A stretch of 64,000 nucleotides of DNA from positions 92,566,001-92,630,000 of the forward strand of contig OX597815.1 in the NCBI GenBank assembly GCA_951406725.2, in the 5' to 3' direction. A model generated the notes under the pieces. It was not told the origin of the DNA, ran no database searches, and saw only the letters and a list, made by a program, of their open reading frames with translations. This DNA is from Octopus vulgaris. Its lineage: Eukaryota. This document shows, in pieces, positions 40,327 to 49,988 of this stretch (the first letter of the stretch is position 1; every line of letters begins with the position of its first letter). The position numbers and the translations under genes were made by a program.

Positions 40327-40690
40327 AAGTAGAAAAAAAAAAAGAACAGAAGACGCAGCGAACAGGTTTTGCCAGTTAGAGCACTGAACACTCAGTTTTC
40401 ACTTTCATTTTTCTTTTCCTTTCAGGACGGCGAGGTGCGTACAAACAAAAGTTTTATTCATCGCACTCAGTACACTGGAAAAAAAAAAAAGGAAACACAC
40501 ACACATTTTTTTTTTTTCCCTTTTCTGTACCTTTTGTTTTTCCTTTGTGCACACACACACTTATTCTTTACTACCCACGAGGTGCACACACACACACACA
40601 CCATTACACTAAACACGATTTTTGATTTGCTTTGTCGGTTCCACGTGTTCTCCGCTTCTCGTTCATACCTTCTGCCCCTTTCTGACAGGC

Positions 40691-41462
40691 ATGGCTGCAT
40701 CAGGTTTGCCTTTATTCACAGGGGATGTGGGTCCGTGGTTTGCCCAGGTGGAGTCGCATTTTGACGCACATGCCATTCCTCTACAGCAGCGGTTGCATCT
40801 GCTATATTCAAGTTTACATCCCCGACTCGCCACATCGGTCAGGGATCTCATAATAAGTCCCCACCCGGACGCCACATACGCGTCCGTAAAAGCCGAAATC
40901 CTCCGCCGCAACACGCGGTCGGAGGAGAGTAATTTTAAGGAGCTGATGGCCGAGGAACAGTTGGGATACAGGACTCCATCCCAGTTCCTGTGCCACCTAA
41001 GGGAGCTAAGTGGCAACGCAGCAGACGCGCCACTCTTACGGAAGATATTCTTCTCCAGGTTGCCTGCTTACGTGCAGACAATGTTGGCCACGGCACTGGA
41101 GTCTGTGTCAGTAGACCAGATTGCCACGATGGCCGACAAAATATTAGAATTTTCGGGACCATCTCCATCGCGGGGCCTGTACGCATGTACAGAGCCCCCT
41201 CCGACACCTTCTCCGACGAACAATTCATTAGCCGAGAAGATCGATGCGCTTACGTAGCGAATCGATGATCTGTGCCGTGCGATCGGGCGATCCGTGCCGT
41301 GCGATCGGGCGCTGACCTCGCAGTCGTAGTTGCAGTGGCTCTGTTTCCCGTAGTCTGAGTGACTTTGTTTCTCGTTCCGGCTGGTGCTGGTACCATTCAA
41401 AGTATGCTGAAAAGGCAGAACGGTGTACCCAGCCGTGCACTTTCCAGCCCTCGGGAAACTAA
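40691..41462 (+). pseudogene. gag: Gypsy gag, disrupted
   Basis: MAASGLPLF...WFAQVESHF... interrupted by TAG 41255-57, a 22-nt tandem duplication (41267-41310) and TGA 41313-15. The corrected frame ends in the zinc knuckle CWYHSKYAEKAERCTQPC then GN*. Confidence 0.85.
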
Positions 41463-41493
41463 ATCTGGAGGAGGTGAGCACGTCATCTTCTTC
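41453..41493 (+). promoter_or_regulatory. -1 programmed ribosomal frameshift signal
   Basis: G GGA AAC heptamer directly before the gag TAA, pol in the -1 frame, 7-nt spacer, 11-bp stem (with G-U pairs) at 41467-77/41483-93. Confidence 0.8.
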
Positions 41494-44400
41494 CTTCTCG
41501 TTTCCCAAAAATCGTGTGTTCTTTGTAAAAGATCTGGTGTCGAGGAAATTCTTCATGGTGGACACCAGCTCTTGTTGCAGCATCTGGCCCCTTTGTCTGA
41601 CTGCAGACAAGCCCAAGCGCTCTTCAATTGTCTTGCATGCCATTGACTCGTCTCCCATAACCACCTTCGGTCAGATTTCGCTGCGCCTCGACATCAACCT
41701 TTGTCGAGATTTTCAATGGGTTTTCGTCATCGCTGACATTCCGCATCCTATTCTCGGCGCTGATTTTTTGGATAGGTTTAATCTATTGGTGGATGTCAGG
41801 TGTCGGAGGCTTCTTGATAGCACGACGTCGCTCTCTACACCGACTGGGAGTTCCACCAATGCGGTCCTTAGCCCGACATTCTTTGTTGCCACCTCTGGAG
41901 ACGCTTTTCACTCTCTTTTGGCTTCATTTCCGGAGCTAGTGGACATTGCCTTTCAACCGGAAAAGCCTACCCACTCGACACTCCATTTTATCATCACCAC
42001 TGGGCCGCCTGTATTTTCGCGCCCGTGGCGCCTTGTGCCTGACCGGCTAAAATCGGCTAGGGCCGAGTTTGAGCACATGCTTCAACTCGGCCTTATACAC
42101 CCCTCCACCAGCCCATGGGCGTCTCCCCTTCATTTGGCGCGAAAGGGCGAGTCTGATTTTCGCCCGGTAGGAGACTATCGACGCCTCAATGCCATAACAA
42201 TAGCCGACAGATATCCAATCAGAAATCTACAGGACTTTACGGCAAATCTCCATGGTTGTACCATTTTTTCGAAGGTCGACCTTATACGCGCGTACCATCA
42301 AATACCGGTCAACCCAGCCGACGTCCTGAAAACTGCGATCTCTACCCCTTTTGGGTGTTTTGAGTTTTTGTATATGAGTTTCGGTTTGCGGAATGCGACT
42401 AGCACTTTCCAGCGTTTCATTGATGAGGTTGTCCGCGGTCTTGATTTTGTGTTTGCCTATGTTGATGATATACTCATTGCGAGCGACACACGTGAAAATC
42501 ATCTCCAGCACTTTTCTCAGCTTTTTCAGCGTCTTCGCGCTTATAGTATACGTATAAATCCCGACAAGTGTGTTTTCGGACGCTCTTCCCTAGATTTTCT
42601 AGGCCATCATATTGATTCGAGTGGAATCAGCCCTCTGTCGTCAAAGGTCGATGCCATTCAACGCATCGCACCTCCCACTCCCTTGAGCCAGCTCAGGCAT
42701 TATCTAGGGATGATCAATTTCTACAGACGTTTTATTCCCAGTTGTGCAGATAAGCTACTTCCTCTCACCAGGCTATTAAAGGACACTCCTAGAAAGGACG
42801 GTCAAGTCACCCTCTCTGTTGAGGCACTCACAGCCTTTGAGTCCATTAAGAAGGAGCTGGCTTCTGTTGCTTTGCTTGCACATCCGGTTCCTGGTGCTTC
42901 TCTCTCTTTGACTGTAGACGCATCGGACACTGCGATTGGCGCTGTGTTACAACACACAGTGGATGATCATATTCGACCTCTGGCTTTCTTTTCCCGCCAA
43001 CTGCAACCAGCTGAACGACGATACAGCACCTTTGATCGTGAGCTCCTTGCGATCTATCTATCGGTTCATCATTTCCAGCATCAACTTGAAGGGCGAGATT
43101 TTGTGATCTATACGGATCACAAGCCCCTTACGTTTGCCCTGTGTTCAAAAACGGACAAACTCTCGCCTTGTGCTTTCCGGCACCTGGATTTTATCTCTCA
43201 ATTCACTAGTAACATTCGACACATACCTGGAAAAGAGAACGTTCCTGCTGATGCTCTCTCTCGCCTTCCAGTCTGCGCCCTTTCGTCTCCTGCTGCTATT
43301 GACTTAACTGCCATCTCGCAGGAGCAGCCACCTTTGGCGTCGTTACACTTAACTTCTCCCAAGTTCTCCTGTTGCCAGTTTTCCTACCTTCCGCTTCCGT
43401 CAGCCGAAGGCACCATTCTCTGTGATACTTCCACTGGTTCTCCCAGGCCACTCATGCCTGAGAATCATCAACGCTCAGTGTTTGAAGCACTGCACTCCTT
43501 ATCACATCCTGGCATCGCTGCCACCCTTAAACTAATCACTGCTCGGTTTTTCTGGCCGAATATGCGTCGCACTATTACTTCTTGGACGCGCACCTGCTCC
43601 AAGTGTCAACGGTCCAAGATTCAACGGCACGTTCGTGCCCCGCTTGGACATTTTCCCCCTATGGAGGCCCGTTTTCGCCATGTCCACATCGATCTGGTTG
43701 GACCATGGACTGTGAGTTGCGGGTTTTCTTATCTGTTAACTTGTGTCGATCGTTTCTCCTGCTGGCCAGAAGCCATTCCAATAGCAGACATTTCTGCTGA
43801 GACTGTTGTGCGAGCCTTCGTTTCAAACTGGATTTCCCGTTTCGGAGTCCCGTCCAGATTGACTACTGATCATGGACGTCAGTTTGAAGCTTCGCTATTT
43901 CGCGAATTGTTGCACATATTAGGTGTGCATCATATCCACACTACCAGCTATCATCCAGCGTCTAATGGGTTAGTTGAATGGTTTCATAGACAGCTCAAGG
44001 CCGCTCTTCGTGCCTCTTCAGATCCACAGTCCTGGATTGAATTTCTGCCAATTGTGCTTCTCGGTTGTCGGACTGCTGTCAAGGCAGACCTGGGGTTTTC
44101 TTCTGCAGAGCTACTGTATGGTACCACACTGGCATTGCCTGGTATGATGTTGGTGCCAGACACTTCCCAGCCCCATGATCCGGCGACCTATGTCGCCAGA
44201 CTGCGTTCATATTTCTTGAATCTTCCACCCATGGTTCCCAGGAAACAATCTCCACCATCCCATCTCCCACCGGATATGGACACTTGGTCGCATGTTTTTG
44301 TTCGGGACGACTCTGTCAAGGGATCACTTGTTTCTCCCTATAAAGGACCTTTTCGTGTGCTTTCTTGCACACCTAAGGTTTTCACCATTGAAATAAATGG

Positions 44401-44689
44401 TCATTCGGAGACCGTTTCCGTGGACCGACTGAAGAAAGCACACTTTGAGACTTCTTCATCTTTTGATGACAACCTTTTCACACCCACCTATGCACCTGTA
44501 ACAACACCTTCACCTGCACAAACACCTTCACCTGCACAAACACCTTCACCAGCACAGACACCTTTGCCTTCACCGGCTCCCGCAACACCACCTTCGCCGT
44601 CAACGGGTACCCCGAGCACACCGTATATTACAAGATCGGGCAGAACAGTGCATTGGCCCAAGAAACTTTCAAAGACAATTTATATTTAA
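41453..44689 (+). CDS. pol: Gypsy pol polyprotein (protease, RT, RNase H, integrase)
   Basis: Uninterrupted ORF (track 41423-44689): VDTS protease, WASP/DYRRLN/YVDD RT, DAS..ELLA..TDHKPL RNase H, HPG..CxxC and HIDLVGP..TDHG..E integrase, Pro-rich tail ending TRSGR. Confidence 0.95.
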   Translation, partial: GKLNLEEVSTSSSSFSFPKNRVFFVKDLVSRKFFMVDTSSCCSIWPLCLTADKPKRSSIVLHAIDSSPITTFGQISLRLDINLCRDFQWVFVIADIPHPILGADFLDRFNLLVDVRCRRLLDSTTSLSTPTGSSTNAVLSPTFFVATSGDAFHSLLASFPELVDIAFQPEKPTHSTLHFIITTGPPVFSRPWRLVPDRLKSARAEFEHMLQLGLIHPSTSPWASPLHLARKGESDFRPVGDYRRLNAITIADRYPIRNLQDFTANLHGCTIFSKVDLIRAYHQIPVNPADVLKTAISTPFGCFEFLYMSFGLRNATSTFQRFIDEVVRGLDFVFAYVDDILIASDTRENHLQHFSQLFQRLRAYSIRINPDKCVFGRSSLDFLGHHIDSSGISPLSSKVDAIQRIAPPTPLSQLRHYLGMINFYRRFIPSCADKLLPLTRLLKDTPRKDGQVTLSVEALTAFESIKKELASVALLAHPVPGASLSLTVDASDTAIGAVLQHTVDDHIRPLAFFSRQLQPAERRYSTFDRELLAIYLSVHHFQHQLEGRDFVIYTDHKPLTFALCSKTDKLSPCAFRHLDFISQFTSNIRHIPGKENVPADALSRLPVCALSSPAAIDLTAISQEQPPLASLHLTSPKFSCCQFSYLPLPSAEGTILCDTSTGSPRPLMPENHQRSVFEALHSLSHPGIAATLKLITARFFWPNMRRTITSWTRTCSKCQRSKIQRHVRAPLGHFPPMEARFRHVHIDLVGPWTVSCGFSYLLTCVDRFSCWPEAIPIADISAETVVRAFVSNWISRFGVPSRLTTDHGRQFEASLFRELLHILGVHHIHTTSYHPASNGLVEWFHRQLKAALRASSDPQSWIEFLPIVLLGCRTAVKADLGFSSAELLYGTTLALPGMMLVPDTSQPHDPATYVARLRSYFLNLPPMVPRKQSPPSHLPPDMDTWSHVFVRDDSVKGSLVSPYKGPFRVLSCTPKVFTIEINGHSETVSVDRLKKAHFETSSSFDDNLFTPTYAPVTTPSPAQTPSPAQTPSPAQTPLPSPAPATPPSPSTGTPSTPYITRSGRTVHWPKKLSKTIYI

Positions 44690-44810
44690 CTTTCTTTCAA
44701 ATTTCTTGTTTTTGTATGATATTATGTACCAAATCTTCTGGGGGATCGGCAAGCCATCTGTTTTTCTGCAGCACCACTACAAATTTTCTTGTTTTCGTAC
44801 TTCTGCACTC

Positions 44811-44822
44811 GAGGGGGAGCCA
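44811..44822 (+). promoter_or_regulatory. Polypurine tract
   Basis: GAGGGGGAGCCA immediately before the 3' LTR. Confidence 0.85.
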
Positions 44823-45241
44823 TGTAGTGATGCTACTGTGTAAGGTTCAGCGCGCATGCGCAGAATGGGGCTACATCCGGGTGGCCACCGGAAGTCTTCC
44901 CCATGCGCATGTGCGGGAAACTGACCCCTAAGGAACACCAAACTCGATCACTCTCTCTGGCCATTTCAGCCCTCGTGAACAGACGTGCATTTGGTAGTCT
45001 CTGATAACTATATCGACTTAGCCGCGGACGACATCGAATCCCTTCAACCAGCCAACAAGAAGCTGTACAACAGATTCGGCTGTCGTTTTCCCTTCAGAAA
45101 TACGTACACCATCACGAATAATAAACAACACTGCTGTCTTTCCCAGATAACCTGACTTCGTCTGTTATATCTAACTAAATTGAATGTGACAGGATCGGAT
45201 CGAACACCCCTTCAGTGATACCGATTCCAGATCCTGTTACA
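44823..45241 (+). repeat. 3' LTR (419 bp)
   Basis: Direct repeat of 39896-40314. Confidence 0.97.
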
Positions 45242-46044
45242 GTACCTATGGTATTACAGCTATATAGCTGATGCACAGCTTCTATAGGAGTATAGTGTTA
45301 TAATTGTGATCCCTCCTAATTTTAAAGAGATATTTATATTCAAAGGCCTAATATTTAAACAAGCTTGACCTAAATAATTGGAATATTAGATGAATATTTT
45401 ATACTGCAGTTGTTTTCACTGCACCACCACTTGCAGTGCTATCACCACTCTAACCCTAACACCATTGCTATATAATCATCACATCACCACTAGCACTATC
45501 ACTTCTACCACAACCACAGCACAATCACAAGAACTATCATCTCTATTTACACTACCACATCAACACTACCAATGCTCCTCTACCTCAATGTTTTCTCGAG
45601 TATCAATTGTTATATAATTCAGATAACAATTTCTGTGCAGCCAGTTGCCAAATTAGTTTTCAAAAGCAAGCACTGGCCAAAATGTTAGAATTCTCATTCA
45701 TTATGGTATATAAAAATAAACTATTTCCTTCACATGCTGAAGAAAGACTTGGGTTTTACTTTGTTGCACAAGCCAAAGACATCACCATTCAGTTACTAGA
45801 AATAACCAAATCCCTCTCCTCCAAGTCTTTAAAAACGAATAGATGCATATTCTTAGAGAATGTAGTCTTGCAAATATGAAATTTTAAACAAATAGGGGAT
45901 GAACCTTTTTTGACTGTTTTTGATCATAGATCTACTTGATTAGCATTGATTGTGAGTTAAAGTCACAACAATCTGTTTTATTGTCTCTGTACAAAGAAAA
46001 CTTTTGTTCTAGAATCTAATGTTGATTCTTTTTTCAATTTCCAG

Positions 46045-46147
46045 GAATGCATGGGTAATAGCAATGATGGTAAAAGTTATATCATTTCTGGCCATTGGGA
46101 CCCCACAGAACCTAGCTTTGCTGTACTGAACTCTGAAACAGAGAAAG
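46045..46147 (+). CDS. RABGAP1: RABGAP1 exon (kinesin-like/DUF3694 region)
   Basis: TTTCCAG acceptor, AAG|GTAAGT donor, phase 0-1. ECMGNSNDGKSYIISGHWDPTEPSFAVLNSETEK. Confidence 0.92.
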
Positions 46148-46164
46148 GTAAGTTCCCCCCTTAA

Positions 46165-47167
46165 CCCTTTCGTTACCAAACCGCCCAAAGCCGCCCGAAA
46201 AAAATTTTGGTTAATGTGACCAAACCGCCCAAACCCGCCCGTATTTACCTATTCATATTTAAATGAGAATTCGTGAAAACATGTATTATACTTCGTAAAC
46301 AGTTCATCTACAGTTTTGTACAATAATCGAAGTGTAATTTTAATTCCGTGAATTTTGGGAGATTTTTTTCCGAAATTTGTTCCTATTGTGTTTTCAAAAT
46401 TTGTAATTCTGACAAAAAATGGATACGAATTTCATTATATCAAGCAGCGAGTCAGAATTCGAAGGATTTTCTACTGAAGACCTTGATAAATCTAACTCTA
46501 TGACTGAAAAAAAAAAGCACGTGGTATTTGATAATGAATCTGATGTTTCATTTTCCGAAAGTGAAGACAGTGAATCCGAGAGCTCCGACAGCGATAAAGA
46601 AAATGAATTGGCACCTGAATGGAGTGAAAATTTAAAAACTGTTTCTTTCGGTGATTTTTCTGAAGAAACTGGACCAAGCCACAGACTTTACCAGGAGAGT
46701 AAAGCCTTAGACTATTTCTTTTTACTTTTTCGAATGAGCCTATTTGAAATCATTACGGCGGAAATGAACCATTACGCTAAATGTAAACAAAGCGAAAGAA
46801 AGGATAGTTAGTGGTTTCCCACAACCTTAAATGAAATTAAGACTATTTTGCCATAAATATTATTATGGGTATCAGAAAGTTACCCAGAATAACAAATTCT
46901 ATCGTAAAATTTTGTTGTATACCCAATTGAATATTAGTGATGTTTGAACAAAATTTTAATAATTTTATATTTTGTTGAATTTACCTGTATCTACCTGTAA
47001 TTAGAGTCACTTTGTGACAAAAATTATAGTATAGAATTGGTTGAGAACATTTCATTAAATTATCTTCCAAAAATCAGATTAATATATTGATGAATAAAAA
47101 AGTTATAGTTGTTTAATGAAACCAGACTAAATTTATGATTATGTTAGAAATTAATTGAAACACAGGG
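46165..47167 (+). mobile_element. Internally deleted piggyBac transposon
   Basis: TTAA|CCCT...AGGG|TTAA. ORF 46419-46811 has an acidic N-terminus plus ALDYFFLLF..LFEII..EMNHYA, then W...LNEIK...IIMGIRKLP (piggyBac transposase N-terminal motifs). Catalytic DDD region missing. Confidence 0.8.
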
Positions 47168-48148
47168 TTAATGAACAACTGTATGATCCTTAAATCTGTG
47201 TTTTTGAGTTGATAGATAAATCTCTATCACTAGCCTAAACACCTCTGTATGGTCAGATGAACTGCTAGAAATAACAGACAAATCTTTCTCACATCACACC
47301 CTAGTGTATCTATGACTGTTATGATGTAGCCATGGATACACTACAACTGAAGAAAATATAGGATGATGATCACAACCAGAAAGCCTTTGTACTTTGGTTT
47401 GCTCAATGAGAGCTGACCTGGGCTAAAGAAGCAAATCTCATATATTTTTATGTTGTATAGGATTTTATTGTTCAATGCTGGTGGCATGGAAAAAAACACC
47501 CAGTATACCCAAGCAGAGACAAGGTTGAGATGACTCTTTAGTCTTGCTGAGAGCAAGACAACCTCTATAATTGGTACCATGAAAAGATGCATCCAGTACA
47601 CTCTGCAAAGTGGGCGATGTTATGAAAAATATTCAGCCATAGAAACTTTGCCAAAATTGAGGCACTGAACTAAGATGGGTCCTCTAACCCATTGGATCTT
47701 ATTGAGCTGCTACCTTATGCCAGCATGAAAAACAGATGTAAAATGTTGATGATGATGTAAACATAAAACAGTATGTGTGTGTGCGTGTGTACACACACAC
47801 ACTCACGCGCGTGGTCTTTGAAGTTTCACTAGATGCTGGCATTGTCAGACAGTCCGATGGAATCAACGACAGTGAAACTTGAAAGTCCTTGTTGACTTTT
47901 TCCAACTAATGTTTGATTATTTCTTTATATAACTGTGTATAAAGACATTCACACACACACATATGTGCATGCGTGTGGCGGGGTTAGAGGGATACATTAT
48001 CTGGCCTGGCGGATACCGTGGTAGCTCTCAGTTGTGTTCCAGGTTACAGTTAACCATATCAACTAGTATTTAATGCCTGTGACTATTAGGAGTTGTCACT
48101 CACACTGTAAATTCCTTCAATGGGTAATTCCATGTTCACTTCACTTAT

Positions 48149-49149
48149 AATAATTATAATGATAGAGAATATGGAGACTGGTACATCCTCAAAATTTATT
48201 TCCTTTTATTTTACAATGTCATACAGCATATTTTTATAGTTATGACAACCTACATGTGTTTCCATTGCACAGAGTATGTGCAGTTGCACATGCAACTGGG
48301 CATAATTTTTTTGTGTAGCTTTGTTCAGGGTCTTTCAACCAGCTTGGCTTGAAGCTACCTGAATTCAGTTAGTGGTTTATTGATTAGGGTTCAGTGGGAA
48401 GTGAGGGGAGGGTGTTTTGGATCTGAAATCTGATCTGGTTATAAACTAGTGTGGTTGACCTCAGTTTCACATCAGTTGTTGGCCAAAGTCGGTGTTTATG
48501 TTACTGTTTTGGCAGGCTTCTTTGTGTATTGTAGTGGATGGGTACTTAATAAGCTTACTTTCAAGTATAGTTTTTGTAATGTATTTTATTTTAGGGTGGT
48601 TCAGTTCTGTGTTATGTTCTTAGTTATTCAGATGTTTTTGTGACTGTGATGTTAATTATGATGGATAGTAGAAAGGAAAAGGAATATACACTAGGCTATA
48701 TAATTGAGGAGTTTAAGACATGTGCTTCTATCTTTTCTTTCCCACCCATCTGTGGGTGGGATATTGAGGTATTTAGAATGTGTGTTAAATTTCTTAAAGG
48801 TTTTTGTATGTTTATGTAAGCATCTTAGGCCCTGTTCCAGCCTGCTATTAAGGAATTTGTGTCTGAATGTAAAGATTTGGTACAGTTCTTCTATACATAG
48901 CTCAAATCTGTTTCCCCCCTATTCCATATGGTGTAGCCATGCAAATTATCTCCCACTCTGTGGTAAAGCCCTGGTTCCTATCTTTAAGAGACCATATTAA
49001 TCTGTTTAAGCTCATGCTGTTCGTCTTACTTCAATCTCTAAATGAATTTAAATGATTTGCTAAAAATATGCTGTATGACATTGTAAAAATAAAAAGAATT
49101 GAATTTTGAGAATGTACCAGTCTCCATATTCTCTATTGTTATAATTATT
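48149..49149 (-). mobile_element. Penelope-like GIY-YIG C-terminal fragment bounded by ~90-bp inverted repeats
   Basis: Minus strand SMSLNRLIWSLKDR...EWEIICMATPY...ELCIEELYQI...LNSRLE...CLHK. 48149-48237 is inverted at 49061-49149. Confidence 0.7.
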
Positions 49150-49169
49150 GCTAATACACATACACACAT

Positions 49170-49710
49170 CACCTGTGTCAACTAGGATTATTGGATGTTG
49201 TTATACACTGCTGGTCACATTGTGCTTCCAGATTTTTTCTTGATTGTGTCATTCTTTTCCATCTTGGCTCACATTGTTTTAGTAAATCATCTCCCTGTTG
49301 TTGTGGAGGTCTTTCAAGTGCTCTTTTCTGATCTCTTGGATACAATTCAGCCACTGCGTGGGTCTACTTGTTGTCTGTGAATCTTGCACAATGTCTGGCT
49401 CAGTGGAATTTGTGCTTCTAGTATTCTGCAGTCATGTCATTCACTGTCTTTCATTCTTGAATCACCTCATTTCAGATATACTCTTTGTGCCATAGCCAAT
49501 TGTTGTTCTTCTCGCTACATAGTAAACCACACCTCACTTGCATATAAGGGCACAGATAGGACAATGCTATTGAAGAGACTGGTGTATAGGGTCTTGTCCA
49601 GCTTTGCTTTAAGCACATCTTTTATTGAGGTAAAAACCTACCAGTCTAGCCTTATTCTCCATGAGATTTCATCATCCATGTCTCAGTGCACATTTACTGT
49701 GTGCCCCAAG
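49170..49710 (-). mobile_element. RTE-like LINE 3' fragment
   Basis: Minus strand ...YPRDQKRALERPP..GD, resembling the RTE C-terminal PRxxKRxRGRP motif; degenerate. Confidence 0.55.
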
Positions 49711-49821
49711 TATATATATGAATAGAAAATACACTATTTAAATATATTTCAGAATACTTTCAATTATCTGTCATTGATTGCACAAGAAGTTATTGTGACT
49801 ATTTTTCCTTATACTTTTTAG

Positions 49822-49988
49822 ATAATCGTGTGTTTTTGACTATTGCTGTTGATTTGGTTATCTCTGGCATCCAAGAACCAGTGAGATTTGCTATTGAAAC
49901 CAAAGCCAAAATATTCCCTCAAACTGAGAGATTCTGGTACTTTACTAAAAAACCTCACTATGAACAATTCCACCTCAAATTGAAACAG
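49822..49988 (+). CDS. RABGAP1: RABGAP1 exon
   Basis: TTTTTAG acceptor, CAG|GTAATT donor, phase 1-0. NRVFLTIAVDLVISGIQEPVRFAIETKAKIFPQTERFWYF...LKLKQ. Confidence 0.93.

Larger units (their letters stand above)
39896..45241 (+). mobile_element. Full-length Ty3/Gypsy LTR retrotransposon, same sense as host gene
   Basis: TG..CA LTRs, GTAC TSD (39892-95 and 45242-45), PBS, gag, pol (PR-RT-RH-IN) and PPT. Confidence 0.97.

Noticed and set aside
40663-42511. Antisense ORFs within the Gypsy element
   Set aside because: Expected shadow ORFs of GC-richer coding sequence; no recognisable motifs.
44653-44931. Possible env/ORF3 after pol
   Set aside because: Only ~130 nt separate the pol stop from the 3' LTR; the ORF runs into the LTR and lacks env features.
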